From: a virus
Lineage: Duplodnaviria; Caudoviricetes
DNA: 35,718 nt
Direction: 5' to 3' (one strand)
Virus record (IMG/VR): IMGVR_UViG_3300048578_000459
Coordinates: 1 to 35,718 of that record
A program made the translations under genes and the position numbers. Under the pieces are notes generated by a model. That model did not search any database. It was not told the origin of the DNA and saw only the letters and a list, made by a program, of their open reading frames with translations. Below, piece by piece: positions 1 through 9,759 of this stretch (the stretch's first letter is position 1; each line of letters starts with the position of its first letter).

Positions 1-306
1 GTGGCCCGCTTCGAGGCCAGGGTCGACCGCTCCGGCGAGTGCCACGTCTGGACCGGCGGGAAGCAGACGCGCGGCTACGGCTGGCTCGGCGCCTACCGTG
101 GCGGCAACTCGGGGCTCGCTCACCGCATGGCGTGGCAGCTCGAGCGCGGGCCCATCCCCGGCGATCTGACCGTCGATCACCTCTGCGGCAACAAGCTGTG
201 CGTCCGCATCGAGCACCTCGAGCTGGTGACGCGCGAGGAGAACACCAGACGCAGGAACCCGCGTCGCGCGCTCACCGTCGCCACCCACGCCGAGGTGTCG
301 CGATGA
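1..306 (+). CDS. HNH endonuclease (possibly 5'-truncated by the window edge)
   Basis: ECHVWTG..GYG..AHRMAW..GPIP..VDHLCGNKLCVRIEHLELVTREEN is the typical phage HNH_3 signature. Confidence 0.85.
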   Translation: MARFEARVDRSGECHVWTGGKQTRGYGWLGAYRGGNSGLAHRMAWQLERGPIPGDLTVDHLCGNKLCVRIEHLELVTREENTRRRNPRRALTVATHAEVSR

Positions 307-518
307 GGGCGCTCACGGTCGAGACCCTCGACGCGAAGCTGAGCCGCCTGCTGCCGGGCGCGGTGGTGCGCTACCGCATCGGCGTCCCCTCGGAGCACGC
401 GTGGCTGGTGGAGCAGAAGAGGCTGCACCGCAGCGAAGACCGCTTCTTCACCCTCGCCACCGGCGCGAGCAAGCGCGAGGCGATCGAGCGAGCCATCTTC
501 CTGTGGGGTGCGCGATGA
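303..518 (+). CDS. hypothetical protein (71 aa, MRALTVETLD...)
   Basis: ATGA overlap with HNH stop, GAGGT RBS upstream; C-terminal part of track ORF 39..518. Confidence 0.7.
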   Translation: MRALTVETLDAKLSRLLPGAVVRYRIGVPSEHAWLVEQKRLHRSEDRFFTLATGASKREAIERAIFLWGAR

Positions 519-1243
519 GCGGCGTCGAGCTCTACCGCCCCGCCGACGGCTTCCCGCACGGGACCAGGGCCCGCTACGTGGGCGGGAAGTGTCGGTGCGC
601 CTCGTGTCGTCGCGCGAACGCGGAGTACGCGAAGGCGCGCGCCCACAAGCCCTTCAACGGCCTTGTCGATGCGGCGCCCGCGCGTGCCCACCTCGAGATG
701 CTCTCGGCCAAGGGCATCGGCAAGCGAGCCGTGCGCGACGCCTGCGACGTGGCGCTGACGGTGCTCGAGGACATCCGCAGCGGGTTGAAGACGCGCATTC
801 GCGCGCAGACGGAGCGCCGCATCCTCGCCGTTGACGAGGGGGCGCGGGCGGATCACGGCCTCGTCAGCGCCAACGCCACGCGGACCGCCCTGCGCGAGCT
901 GCAGCGCCACGGTCTCACCAAGGGGGAGATCGCCGCGCGGCTCGGCTCCGAGGCGACCACGCCGCAGCTTCATCTCACCCGCCGGAAGGTCACCGCCGTC
1001 AACGCGCTGAAGGTGCAGCGTCTGCTGGCGGAGGTGCGCGCCGAGGTGGAGGTCGAGCGGCGCATCGGCACCATCTGCACCGCCTGCGGTGACTCCCACG
1101 AGCAGAGCCGTCGTCTCGAGTGGCTCCGTGCCCAGAAGGAGATGGATCGGCAGATCCTCCGCGAGCTCCGCCCCTGCTGGTACGGCGGGCACGGCGTCAC
1201 CCTCGCTCGCGATCTCGCGGTGCTTCGCAGAGGTGACGCATGA
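515..1243 (+). CDS. putative Zn-finger/HTH DNA-binding protein
   Basis: ATGA-coupled start; HGTRARY..CRCASCRRAN motif followed by HTH-like segments (GIGKRAVRDACDV; GLTKGEIAARLG) and CTAC. Confidence 0.65.
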   Translation: MSGVELYRPADGFPHGTRARYVGGKCRCASCRRANAEYAKARAHKPFNGLVDAAPARAHLEMLSAKGIGKRAVRDACDVALTVLEDIRSGLKTRIRAQTERRILAVDEGARADHGLVSANATRTALRELQRHGLTKGEIAARLGSEATTPQLHLTRRKVTAVNALKVQRLLAEVRAEVEVERRIGTICTACGDSHEQSRRLEWLRAQKEMDRQILRELRPCWYGGHGVTLARDLAVLRRGDA

Positions 1244-1386
1244 GCGCCCTCTTCGACGCCATCGACGCCAACGGCTGGCTCCTCGACGCCGCCTCCATCC
1301 TCGCGCTCGGGCTCGGCGTGCTGTGGCTGTGCGCGCTGGCGCTCCGCGACTTCGCTCGAGCGTGGCGTGACGGAGGTGACGTGTGA
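1240..1386 (+). CDS. small membrane protein (48 aa, MSALFDAIDANGWLLDAASILALGLGVLWLCALAL...)
   Basis: Not in ORF track (<60 aa); GAGGTG RBS, ATGA overlap at start, GTGA overlap at end; one hydrophobic helix. Confidence 0.7.
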   Translation: MSALFDAIDANGWLLDAASILALGLGVLWLCALALRDFARAWRDGGDV

Positions 1387-1883
1387 GGACCTCGGTGAAG
1401 TGGTTCCCCATCATGGGTGGGCGCGCGATTCCTTGGGCGCTGCTGCTGCCGCACGAGAAGCAGGCGCTGAAGAATCATGACGGCCAACACCTCGAACGTC
1501 TCGCCGCGCGCGGGGGTCTTGAGGCCTCAGAGGCCTGTGCTGTGCTTGAGGATCGCCCGTGGCGACCGATGACGCGCGAGGCTGCGGAGAACCAGCTTCG
1601 CGAGATCGTCTTCTCGGCGGCCCAGGAGGCCATCACGGAGCGCGAGGCGGCTGAGCGGGCTCTCGGAAAGGCGTGGCTTAAGGGCGCTACCTCGCTCGCC
1701 GACGCCATCGAACGAAAGACGCGCTCGCTCGAAGAGACGAACGCCGAGTTGCTGGCTGCTGCGCGGGACCTCGTTCGCTGGGACTGGACCAGCCTGCTCG
1801 TCGACGATCCGAACGCAGATGACGTCGTGCAGCAGATGAACCGCCTCGACGCCATCGTCGCGAAGTTCAGAGGTACGCCGTGA
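1383..1883 (+). CDS. hypothetical protein
   Basis: GTGA-coupled, GC3-rich codons; IPWALL.PHEKQALKNH.GQ.LERLAARGGL motif recalled from other phage hypotheticals. Confidence 0.75.
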   Translation: MRTSVKWFPIMGGRAIPWALLLPHEKQALKNHDGQHLERLAARGGLEASEACAVLEDRPWRPMTREAAENQLREIVFSAAQEAITEREAAERALGKAWLKGATSLADAIERKTRSLEETNAELLAAARDLVRWDWTSLLVDDPNADDVVQQMNRLDAIVAKFRGTP

Positions 1884-2095
1884 GCCGCCTCCCCATCGGC
1901 ACCACCGTGGAAATCACCGGCTCGACGTGGCGCGGCCGCACCGGCACCGTCGTCGGGCTCGACAAGGCGTGGCCCGAGTACCGCCGCGTGGAGTTCGACG
2001 CGCCCCACACCAACCCGCCCCAACTCGTCGCCGTCGAGAACCTCCGCGCCGTGCAGCGCGCGGGGCAGATGGGCCTCTTCGGGGGTGCGGCATGA
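1880..2095 (+). CDS. small SH3/KOW-like protein
   Basis: GTGA-coupled; IGTTVEITG..WRGRTGTVVG pattern resembles KOW motif. Confidence 0.6.
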   Translation: MSRLPIGTTVEITGSTWRGRTGTVVGLDKAWPEYRRVEFDAPHTNPPQLVAVENLRAVQRAGQMGLFGGAA

Positions 2096-2832
2096 TCACG
2101 CCCATCCACGGGAACGCGATGGATGAACTCGCATCGCACGCCCCCGAGAGCTTCGATGCCATCGTCACCGATCCGCCCTACGGCGAGACCTCGCTGAAGT
2201 GGGACCGCTGGCCTCGCGGATGGCTCAAGCTCTGCCTCCGGCTGCTGAAGCCTTCGGGCTCGCTCTGGTGCTTCGGCTCGATGCGCATGTTCCTCGCTGA
2301 GCGCGCCGAGTTCGATGGCTGGCGCTTCGTGCAGGACCTCGTGTGGGAGAAGCAGAACGGCACGAGCAGCGCGAACGATCGTTTCCGCCGCGTGCACGAG
2401 CTGGCCTGCCAGTTCATCCCCGAGGGTGCGAAGTGGGCCGACGTCTACAAGGCGCCGGTCACCACGCCCGACGCCGTGAAGCGGCAGGTTCGGCGCAAGA
2501 AGCGCCCGGCGCATTGGGGTGACATCGGCGAGCACAGTTTCAAGAGCGAGGACGGCGGGCCGCGCCTCATGCGCTCGGTCGTCTTCATGCGGAACATGCA
2601 CGGGCGGGCGATCCACCCGACACAGAAGCCCGAGGGGATCATCGAGCCGCTGCTTCGCTACTCGGTGCCGCCGGGCGGGCTGGTGCTCGACCCCTTCATG
2701 GGCAGCGGCACGACCCTCGCTGTTGCCCGCGAGCTGGGCATGGGCGCCGTCGGCATCGAGGCGAACGAGACCTACTACCGCGCGGCGCGCGATCGCCTCG
2801 CCGGAACGTTGGCGCTTGGAGGTGCGGCATGA
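2092..2832 (+). CDS. DNA methyltransferase (N6-adenine/N4-cytosine, beta class)
   Basis: Motif IV DPPY near N-terminus; HPTQKP and motif I VLDPFMGSGTT near C-terminus; ATGA-coupled start at 2092. Confidence 0.93.
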   Translation: MITPIHGNAMDELASHAPESFDAIVTDPPYGETSLKWDRWPRGWLKLCLRLLKPSGSLWCFGSMRMFLAERAEFDGWRFVQDLVWEKQNGTSSANDRFRRVHELACQFIPEGAKWADVYKAPVTTPDAVKRQVRRKKRPAHWGDIGEHSFKSEDGGPRLMRSVVFMRNMHGRAIHPTQKPEGIIEPLLRYSVPPGGLVLDPFMGSGTTLAVARELGMGAVGIEANETYYRAARDRLAGTLALGGAA

Positions 2833-3052
2833 GCCCGACCGATCAGTCGCTGGTCGACGCCATCAAGGGGGTAGAGCGGTCGCTGGCTCGCGTCCGCGCC
2901 GCTGCCACCACCATCGAGGATCTCGGCGCTCTCGGCCTCGCCACGGACCGCCAGCGCGGCCTGCTGCAGTCGCTGCGCAAGGTCGAGGGCGAGCTCACCG
3001 ACATGCTCAACAACTGCCGCTACCAGCTCCGTCACGGCCACGAGGTGCGCGC

Positions 3053-3056
<4 letters not shown>
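2829..3056 (+). CDS. hypothetical protein
   Basis: GGAGG RBS, ATGA overlaps at both ends. Confidence 0.7.
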
Positions 3057-4005
<949 letters not shown>

Positions 4006-4006
<1 letters not shown>

Positions 4007-4278
4007 TGCTGCACAACGTCAACAAGCCCGCCGCCATCACCTGCGCCGGATGCAAGTCCCCCAGCAACTGCACCATCTGGGAGCAGCCGGCGTGCTTCGA
4101 GTGCCACGCGCACTGGATTCGCGACGAGCGCTTCAGCGTCGGCGCCATCAACGACGCGCTGGGGCTCAGCAGCGACCCGGAGTCCTTCACCGAGGCCGGG
4201 CACAAGGCCTACGTCGCCGAGGCCACGAAGCGCACCAGGGCGTGGCTCGCCGAGCGCAAGACTGCGAGGGCGGCATGA
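4006..4278 (+). CDS. Zn-binding hypothetical protein
   Basis: GAGGAG RBS, TGATG overlap; CAGC...CFEC motifs. Confidence 0.7.
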
Positions 4279-4580
4279 GCAACGAAAAAATGGCCGCCCG
4301 CATCATCGAACTCGAGGCGCTGTTGGCCGTCGCCATCGACGAGCACCGAAGGACGCAACTCGACATCGCTCGCGCCTACGTGACGCTGGAGGAACTCGGC
4401 GCGTACCTGAAGCCCGACGAAGCTCGAGAGGCGATCCGTGGCGCGATGGCCTGCGAGGGAGGCGACAGCGCGCTCATCCACTGCGACGACGAGGACCCGG
4501 CGTGGAAGCACGTCGTCCCGACCTACAAGGTCTCCGAAGTCGTCGAGTACGCGAAGCGCTGCCTGCGGGGTGACTCATGA
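4275..4580 (+). CDS. hypothetical protein
   Basis: ATGA-coupled (MSNEKMAARIIELE...). Confidence 0.7.
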   Translation: MSNEKMAARIIELEALLAVAIDEHRRTQLDIARAYVTLEELGAYLKPDEAREAIRGAMACEGGDSALIHCDDEDPAWKHVVPTYKVSEVVEYAKRCLRGDS

Positions 4581-4744
4581 GCCCCCGCTGGCGCACCCTG
4601 AAGGACCTCCGCGCGCTGCTGGCGCAGTACCGCGAGTGGGAGGCGAAGCACGACGACGCGACGGTGACGGCGCTTATCCACGGGCGCACGGTGCCGGGCC
4701 CGTCGCTGGTGGAGCGCGTGCGCGCGCTGCGAGGTGGGCGATGA
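4577..4744 (+). CDS. hypothetical protein (55 aa, MSPRWRTLKDLRALL...)
   Basis: Not in ORF track; ATGA overlaps at both ends, GC3-rich codons. Confidence 0.65.
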   Translation: MSPRWRTLKDLRALLAQYREWEAKHDDATVTALIHGRTVPGPSLVERVRALRGGR

Positions 4745-5082
4745 GGCGCACCCTTGAAGCCATCGAACTCGCCGCTCGCGAGGAGTGGATCGTCTCGACG
4801 CGCGGCGCCGACTTGCCGCGCTGTGAGCCGGTCTTCGTCGCCCACCACAAGCGGCGACGCAAGAGAAGCCCCGAGGAGCAGGCGCGCGAGCTCGAGGCAC
4901 AACGCGAGCGCCGCGCGGCCCTGCGCGCGTCCACGACGGACGTGAAGGCGCTCCGTGCGTGGGAGATGCGCGCGGCTGGACACTTCATCAGCGCCATCGC
5001 AGCGGAACTCGGCACCTCCAACGCGCAGGCAGGGCGGTACGTCGCTCGCGGGGAGCGGCTGGCGAAGGGAGGTGCGCGATGA
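4741..5082 (+). CDS. putative HTH DNA-binding protein
   Basis: C-terminal AWEMRAAGHFISAIAAELGTSNAQAGRYV is HTH-like; ATGA-coupled. Confidence 0.65.
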   Translation: MRRTLEAIELAAREEWIVSTRGADLPRCEPVFVAHHKRRRKRSPEEQARELEAQRERRAALRASTTDVKALRAWEMRAAGHFISAIAAELGTSNAQAGRYVARGERLAKGGAR

Positions 5083-5690
5083 GCGACTTCCTCCAGCAGC
5101 GGTACGAAGCGATCGCCACGGTGCTCACCACGCAGCCACTCGCGCACTACGAGGTCCCGCTCAGGCTGATCAGCTTCTCTAACGGGCGCGGTGCCTCAAA
5201 GGGCGCTGCCTTCGCCAAGGCCGAGAAGGTCAAGACACAGCGCATGGCGGGCGAGCGCGCTGGGCGGCGCTTCTTCAGGCACCTCGCGCTCCCCGCTGCC
5301 TTCTTCGCAGTACGCGTCATCCGCATTGCGCCGCGCTCGCTCGACCCGCACGACAACATCGGCCACGCGTGCAAGGCGGTCATCGACGGCTGCGCTGAAG
5401 GTCTCGGCCTCGACGACCGCGACCCGCGCGTGCGCTACGTCGTCGATCAACGCAAGAGCGAGCTGGGCCAGCACCTCGTGCGCCTTGAGCTCTACGCCGC
5501 GCCCGCGAGCCGTCCGGAAATTCCGGAGAGTTCGCCCGCCGTCAACGCCGCCGAGGGACTGCACCAGCGCCACACCGACGAGTGCATCGAGCACCTCACC
5601 GACCCCGGCGCGACGTGCGTGTGCCGGCCGCCGGCGGTGGCGGAGCCGCTGGTGGGTCGGGTGACGCCCAACGTGAGGAAGCCCCGATGA
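5079..5690 (+). CDS. RusA-like Holliday junction resolvase
   Basis: LDPHDNIGHACKAVIDGCAEGLGLDDRD resembles the RusA D-x-DN..K..D....DD catalytic pattern; typical position. Confidence 0.7.
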   Translation: MSDFLQQRYEAIATVLTTQPLAHYEVPLRLISFSNGRGASKGAAFAKAEKVKTQRMAGERAGRRFFRHLALPAAFFAVRVIRIAPRSLDPHDNIGHACKAVIDGCAEGLGLDDRDPRVRYVVDQRKSELGQHLVRLELYAAPASRPEIPESSPAVNAAEGLHQRHTDECIEHLTDPGATCVCRPPAVAEPLVGRVTPNVRKPR

Positions 5691-5884
5691 GGCGCGACCG
5701 CCCGCTGTTCCTCGAAGAGCGCGTCGGCATCGCGCGCAAGATGATCAACGAAGACACGCTCCGCGTCTTCGGCAAGCTGACGGAGCGCCAGAGCGCATTC
5801 GTTTGGCGCCTCATCGGCGTGCTCGATGGCGACCGGCACGCGGTCCCGAGGAAGCACCGTCGCCTCGTGCGGAGGCCGCGATGA
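5687..5884 (+). CDS. hypothetical protein
   Basis: ATGA overlaps at both ends (MRRDRPLFLEERV...). Confidence 0.65.
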   Translation: MRRDRPLFLEERVGIARKMINEDTLRVFGKLTERQSAFVWRLIGVLDGDRHAVPRKHRRLVRRPR

Positions 5885-6456
5885 ACGCCGACATGTTCCC
5901 CGAGGCGAAGGTCGACCCCACCCTCGACAACGACCGCCGCTACACCACGCGCGACACGATGGACCTGTGCAAGCGCCTCGCTGGCGTCGACGGCTGGGAC
6001 CTCGACGTGGCGGCCGATGAGGAGAGCCATTGGGCGCCGCGGTTCTTCGACGTGAAGCGCGACGGGCTGGAGTGCTCATGGCTGCCCGACACGCCACCGC
6101 CGACCATGCGCGACGGCTCGCTGCCTCGCGGTGGCAATGGCAAGCGCTGGAACATCTGGTGCAACCCGCCCTACAGCGACATCGAGCCGTGGGTGGTGAA
6201 GGCGTGGGAGACCTCGACGCAGATCGACCCGCGCTTCGACTGGACGCTGGCGATGCTCCTCCCGTGCATCCGCACCGAGCAACCGTGGTGGCAAGAGCAC
6301 GTCGAGATCCACCGCGACGGCCGCGACCTGCCCGGCATGCTCGACACCCACTTCCTCCCCGGCCGCGTGAAGTTCGGCCACCCCGGCAACCGTGACGCCG
6401 TGGGCGTGGGCTCGCCTCCGTTCGGGTGCGTGCTGCTGGTGTGGAGGCGCGCTTGA
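5881..6456 (+). CDS. phage DNA N6-adenine methyltransferase (Dam-like family)
   Basis: RYTT...WDLDVAAD...DGL..W...IWCNPPYS..PWV.KA...MLLP..TE..WW..GRVKF..PPFG pattern. Confidence 0.88.
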   Translation: MNADMFPEAKVDPTLDNDRRYTTRDTMDLCKRLAGVDGWDLDVAADEESHWAPRFFDVKRDGLECSWLPDTPPPTMRDGSLPRGGNGKRWNIWCNPPYSDIEPWVVKAWETSTQIDPRFDWTLAMLLPCIRTEQPWWQEHVEIHRDGRDLPGMLDTHFLPGRVKFGHPGNRDAVGVGSPPFGCVLLVWRRA

Positions 6457-7022
6457 AGCGCTTCAAGTACGACGTCCGCGATCTCACCGACGAGACGCTG
6501 GCGAGCGCGAAGGCCGGCTCTCGCACAGCCATCGACGAGGTGTTCCGCGCCACCATGGGGCTGGTCCGTTGGCGCGCGAACACGTACCCGGTCGACAACG
6601 ACACGCGAGACGACCTCATCGGCATCGGCCACCTCGCCGTCTTCGATGCGGTCCGCACCTTCAGGCCCGGCAAGGGGCCCTTCGCGCCGTGGGTGACGCA
6701 GTGGATTCACGCGCGCATGTACACGGCCGTCCGCTCGGAGAGTCGCCGCGACGGCTGCCTGCGCGAGTACGAGGAGCACCTGCGCGAGCCCGAGCACCCG
6801 CCGTTGGCCGACGAGATGCTCGAGACCGAAGACGAGTCGGTGCGCCTGCTCCGCGCAGTCTCCTCGCTCTCGCCAAAGCTGCGCGGGGTGCTGCAGGGCC
6901 GACTGCGCGGGGAGACGCTGGAGCATGTTGGAGCGCAGATGGGAGTCACGAAAGAGGCGACGCGCCTGCGCGAGATGAGAGCCATTGCCCTGCTGGGCCG
7001 ACGACTGCGAGGTGCCGCGTGA
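6453..7022 (+). CDS. phage-encoded sigma-70-family RNA polymerase sigma factor (regions 2 and 4)
   Basis: TTG start overlapping upstream stop (TTGA) with GGAGG RBS; region 2 (DDLIGIGHLAVFDAVRTFRPGKGPFAPWVTQWI) and region 4 HTH (LSPKLRGVLQGRLRGETLEHVGAQMGVTKEATRLREMRAI). Confidence 0.85.
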   Translation: MKRFKYDVRDLTDETLASAKAGSRTAIDEVFRATMGLVRWRANTYPVDNDTRDDLIGIGHLAVFDAVRTFRPGKGPFAPWVTQWIHARMYTAVRSESRRDGCLREYEEHLREPEHPPLADEMLETEDESVRLLRAVSSLSPKLRGVLQGRLRGETLEHVGAQMGVTKEATRLREMRAIALLGRRLRGAA

Positions 7023-7077
7023 GCTCTCGTCTTCTTCAACCCGGCCCGGAGTCGGCCCTTATCCTTGGAGCTCGCTC

Positions 7078-7416
7078 ATGAAGAAGCGGTACTCCCCGCC
7101 GCAGGTCACGAGTCGCCCGCGCGAGTCCTGCCTTGTCGACGGGTGCCCCAACCTCGAGGAACTCGCCAACGGCCGGTCTGCGGGCGGGCTGTGTGCGGCC
7201 CACCGGAAGCGCAAGCAGCGCCGGCCGGATCGCCCCGACTTCACCACGCCCATCGACGCGAGCAAGTCACGGCGGTTGGGTCCGCGGGCGCTGCTGCTCG
7301 ACGCCGTGCTGGCGTGGGCTGACGCGGAGCCGGAGCAGCTGCCGGCGAAGACCTACACGCTTTTCAAGCGCATCCGCATCTACTCGCGCGCGGTGAGGGG
7401 CGGTCGCGCCCGCTGA
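7078..7416 (+). CDS. Zn-finger hypothetical protein
   Basis: GGAG RBS; CLVDGC...GLCAAH motif. Confidence 0.65.
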   Translation: MKKRYSPPQVTSRPRESCLVDGCPNLEELANGRSAGGLCAAHRKRKQRRPDRPDFTTPIDASKSRRLGPRALLLDAVLAWADAEPEQLPAKTYTLFKRIRIYSRAVRGGRAR

Positions 7417-7420
7417 GGTC

Positions 7421-7450
7421 GGGCTGACGTCCCAGCATCTGGCGACTCTG
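7421..7450 (+). promoter_or_regulatory. putative late promoter, copy 1 (upstream of terS)
   Basis: GGGCTGA-CGTCCCAGC-N7-GACTCTG-N5-GTG; same motif at three other operon starts. Confidence 0.75.
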
Positions 7451-7455
7451 TCCGG

Positions 7456-7980
7456 GTGTCACTGACGCCCAAACAGCAGGCCTTCGCCCGCGAGTACCTC
7501 GTCGATCTCAACGCGACGCAGGCCGCCATTCGCGCCGGCTACAGCCCGAAGACGGCGGGCTCTCAGGCTCATGACCTCCTGAAGAAACCTGAAATCCGTG
7601 CCCTCGTCGGCCTCTCGAATGCCGCCCGCATCGAGGCCGTCGAGCTCAAGGCGGAGACCGTCCTGCGGGAGATCGGCCACTTCGCCCACGCGGATCTCAT
7701 CGAGGCCTTCAACGAAGACGGCACGCTGAAGTCGGTGCACGAGATGCCGGAGCACCTCCGCCGGGCGATCAAGAGCATCGAATTCGAGGAGCTCTTCGAC
7801 GGCGCGGGCCAGGAGAAGCTCCGCATCGGCCGCACCGTGAAGATCGCCCTCTGGGACAAGCCCAAGGGGCTCGAGCTCGAAGGGCGGCACCTGAAGCTCT
7901 TCACCGACAAGGTGGAGGTCTCCGGCAAGCTGACGCTCGCGCAGCTCGTCGAGGCCGCCGTGAAGCCCGAGGGCGACTGA
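7456..7980 (+). CDS. terS: terminase small subunit
   Basis: LTPKQQAFAREYLVDLNATQAAIRAGYSPKTA is the Terminase_2-type N-terminus. Confidence 0.93.
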   Translation: MSLTPKQQAFAREYLVDLNATQAAIRAGYSPKTAGSQAHDLLKKPEIRALVGLSNAARIEAVELKAETVLREIGHFAHADLIEAFNEDGTLKSVHEMPEHLRRAIKSIEFEELFDGAGQEKLRIGRTVKIALWDKPKGLELEGRHLKLFTDKVEVSGKLTLAQLVEAAVKPEGD

Positions 7981-7981
7981 C

Positions 7982-9436
7982 GTGTCCGCCCTCGGCTCAG
8001 CCGTGCAGCACCTGCGTCGGTGGCGGGGCGATCCCGTCGCCTTCGTGCGCGAGTGTCTGCGCGCGTCGCCCGATGCGTGGCAGGTCGAGGTGCTTCGCGC
8101 CGTCGGCGGGGGCGTGCCTCAGCAGCGGTACGCGTTGAAGGCTTCGAAGGGCCCCGGCAAGTCGACGGTGCTGGCGTGGGTCGTCTGGTGGTGGCTCGCC
8201 ACGCGACTGCACCCGAAGGTGGTGTGCACCAGCATCACCGCCGACAACCTGCGCGACGGCCTGTGGACGGAGTTGGCGAAGTGGCAGCAGCAGAGCGACT
8301 TCCTCAAGGCCGCTTTCGAGTGGAAGAGCGAGCGCATCTCAGCGGTCGATCATCCCGAGACTTGGTGGGCCAGCGCGCGTCCGTGGGCGAAGGGCGCAGA
8401 CGCGAGCCAGCAGGCCAACACGCTCGCCGGCATCCACGCCGACGCGGTGCTCTTCATCATCGACGAGGCCGGTGGTGTACCTGACGCCGTCGCTGCCGCA
8501 GCAGAAGGTGGCCTCGCCAATGCCGACGCCGCGGAGGGGCGCGAGGCGAAGCTGCTGATCGCCGGCAACCCGACACACCTCGAGGGGCCGCTCTACCGCG
8601 CGTGCACCAGCGAGCGCGCGCTGTGGTGGGTGAAGGAGATCAGCGGCGACCCGGACGATCCGGGGCGCGCACCCCGTGTCTCTGTCGACTGGGCGAGGGA
8701 GCAGATCGCCAAGTACGGCCGAGAGAACCCATACGTCTTGGTGAACGTCTTCGGCCGATTCCCGCCGGCGAGCGCGAGCTCGCTCTTCGGGCCTGACGAC
8801 GTGTCGGCGGCCATGGCGCGCGTCATCGCGAAGGCTGAGTACGCGAGCGAGGTGAAGATCCTCGGCGTCGACGTCGCGCGCCAGGGGGACGATCGCACCG
8901 TCATCGCGCTCCGTCAGGGCCGCGTCGTCTTCGGGCCCCGCATCCTCCGCATCCCCGACACGATGGCCATCGCCGGCCAGGTGTCGATGGTGTTCGACAA
9001 GCACCGGCCCGATGCGTTGTTCATCGACCAGGCGACCTTCGGCTTCGGCGTGCTCGATCGCCTTGTGCAGCTCGGCTACCCGGCCATCGGCGTCGACTTC
9101 GGCGGGAAGCCCGTCACGCACGTGAAGTACGCCAACCGCCGCAGCGAGATGTGGTTCCTTATGGCCGAGTGGGTGAAGGCGGGCGGGGTGCTGCCGAAGG
9201 TGCCCGAGCTGACGGCCGAGCTGACGGCGCCGAAGTACTCCTTCGACGCGCACAACAAGCTGTTGTTGGAGAAGAAGAAGGACATCAAGGCGCGCACGGG
9301 CACGTCGCCCGACATCGCCGACGCCATCGCGCTCACCTTCGCCCAGCCCGTCCTGCCGCGAGACGCCCGCGAGCACCACCGCAACGCCGCCGGCGCCACC
9401 GCGGCCGCCGACTACGACCCACTCGAAGGAGCCTGA
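7982..9436 (+). CDS. terL: terminase large subunit
   Basis: Walker A-like ASKGPGKST, Walker B FIIDEAGG, GNPT coupling motif, nuclease ILGVDVARQGDD and SPDIADA. Confidence 0.95.
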   Translation: MSALGSAVQHLRRWRGDPVAFVRECLRASPDAWQVEVLRAVGGGVPQQRYALKASKGPGKSTVLAWVVWWWLATRLHPKVVCTSITADNLRDGLWTELAKWQQQSDFLKAAFEWKSERISAVDHPETWWASARPWAKGADASQQANTLAGIHADAVLFIIDEAGGVPDAVAAAAEGGLANADAAEGREAKLLIAGNPTHLEGPLYRACTSERALWWVKEISGDPDDPGRAPRVSVDWAREQIAKYGRENPYVLVNVFGRFPPASASSLFGPDDVSAAMARVIAKAEYASEVKILGVDVARQGDDRTVIALRQGRVVFGPRILRIPDTMAIAGQVSMVFDKHRPDALFIDQATFGFGVLDRLVQLGYPAIGVDFGGKPVTHVKYANRRSEMWFLMAEWVKAGGVLPKVPELTAELTAPKYSFDAHNKLLLEKKKDIKARTGTSPDIADAIALTFAQPVLPRDAREHHRNAAGATAAADYDPLEGA

Positions 9437-9438
9437 TC

Positions 9439-9759
9439 ATGGCCGTCACCCCCGTCACCCCGGAGCAGCAGGCGCAGTACGAGCTCGACAACGGGCAGAT
9501 CGACCAGGCGGAGTACCAGCGACGCCTGGAGCTCGAGGTCGAACGCCGTCGGCGCCTCATCGCCGGCCCCGCCTCGGCCGACAACACCTACGGTGGTGGC
9601 TTCGCGGCGCTTCCGCCTGATCAGGCCGACATCGTGGTGCGCGACACCATGTCGGGCCGCGTCCGCCGCACGCGCGGCGGGAGCACACGCAGCGCCATCC
9701 TGGGCTCCTTCTCGCCGTCGGCGCCGATGGGCGCGTCGTCGATTCTCGGAGGTGCGTGA
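9439..9759 (+). CDS. small hypothetical protein between terL and portal
   Basis: AAGGAG RBS, ATG at 9439; position matches the small pre-portal gene in podoviruses. Confidence 0.7.
   Translation: MAVTPVTPEQQAQYELDNGQIDQAEYQRRLELEVERRRRLIAGPASADNTYGGGFAALPPDQADIVVRDTMSGRVRRTRGGSTRSAILGSFSPSAPMGASSILGGA

Noticed and set aside
1-306. HNH gene as a mobile intron or intein-associated homing element
   Set aside because: Free-standing and translationally coupled into the operon; no interrupted host gene or intron structure visible within the window.
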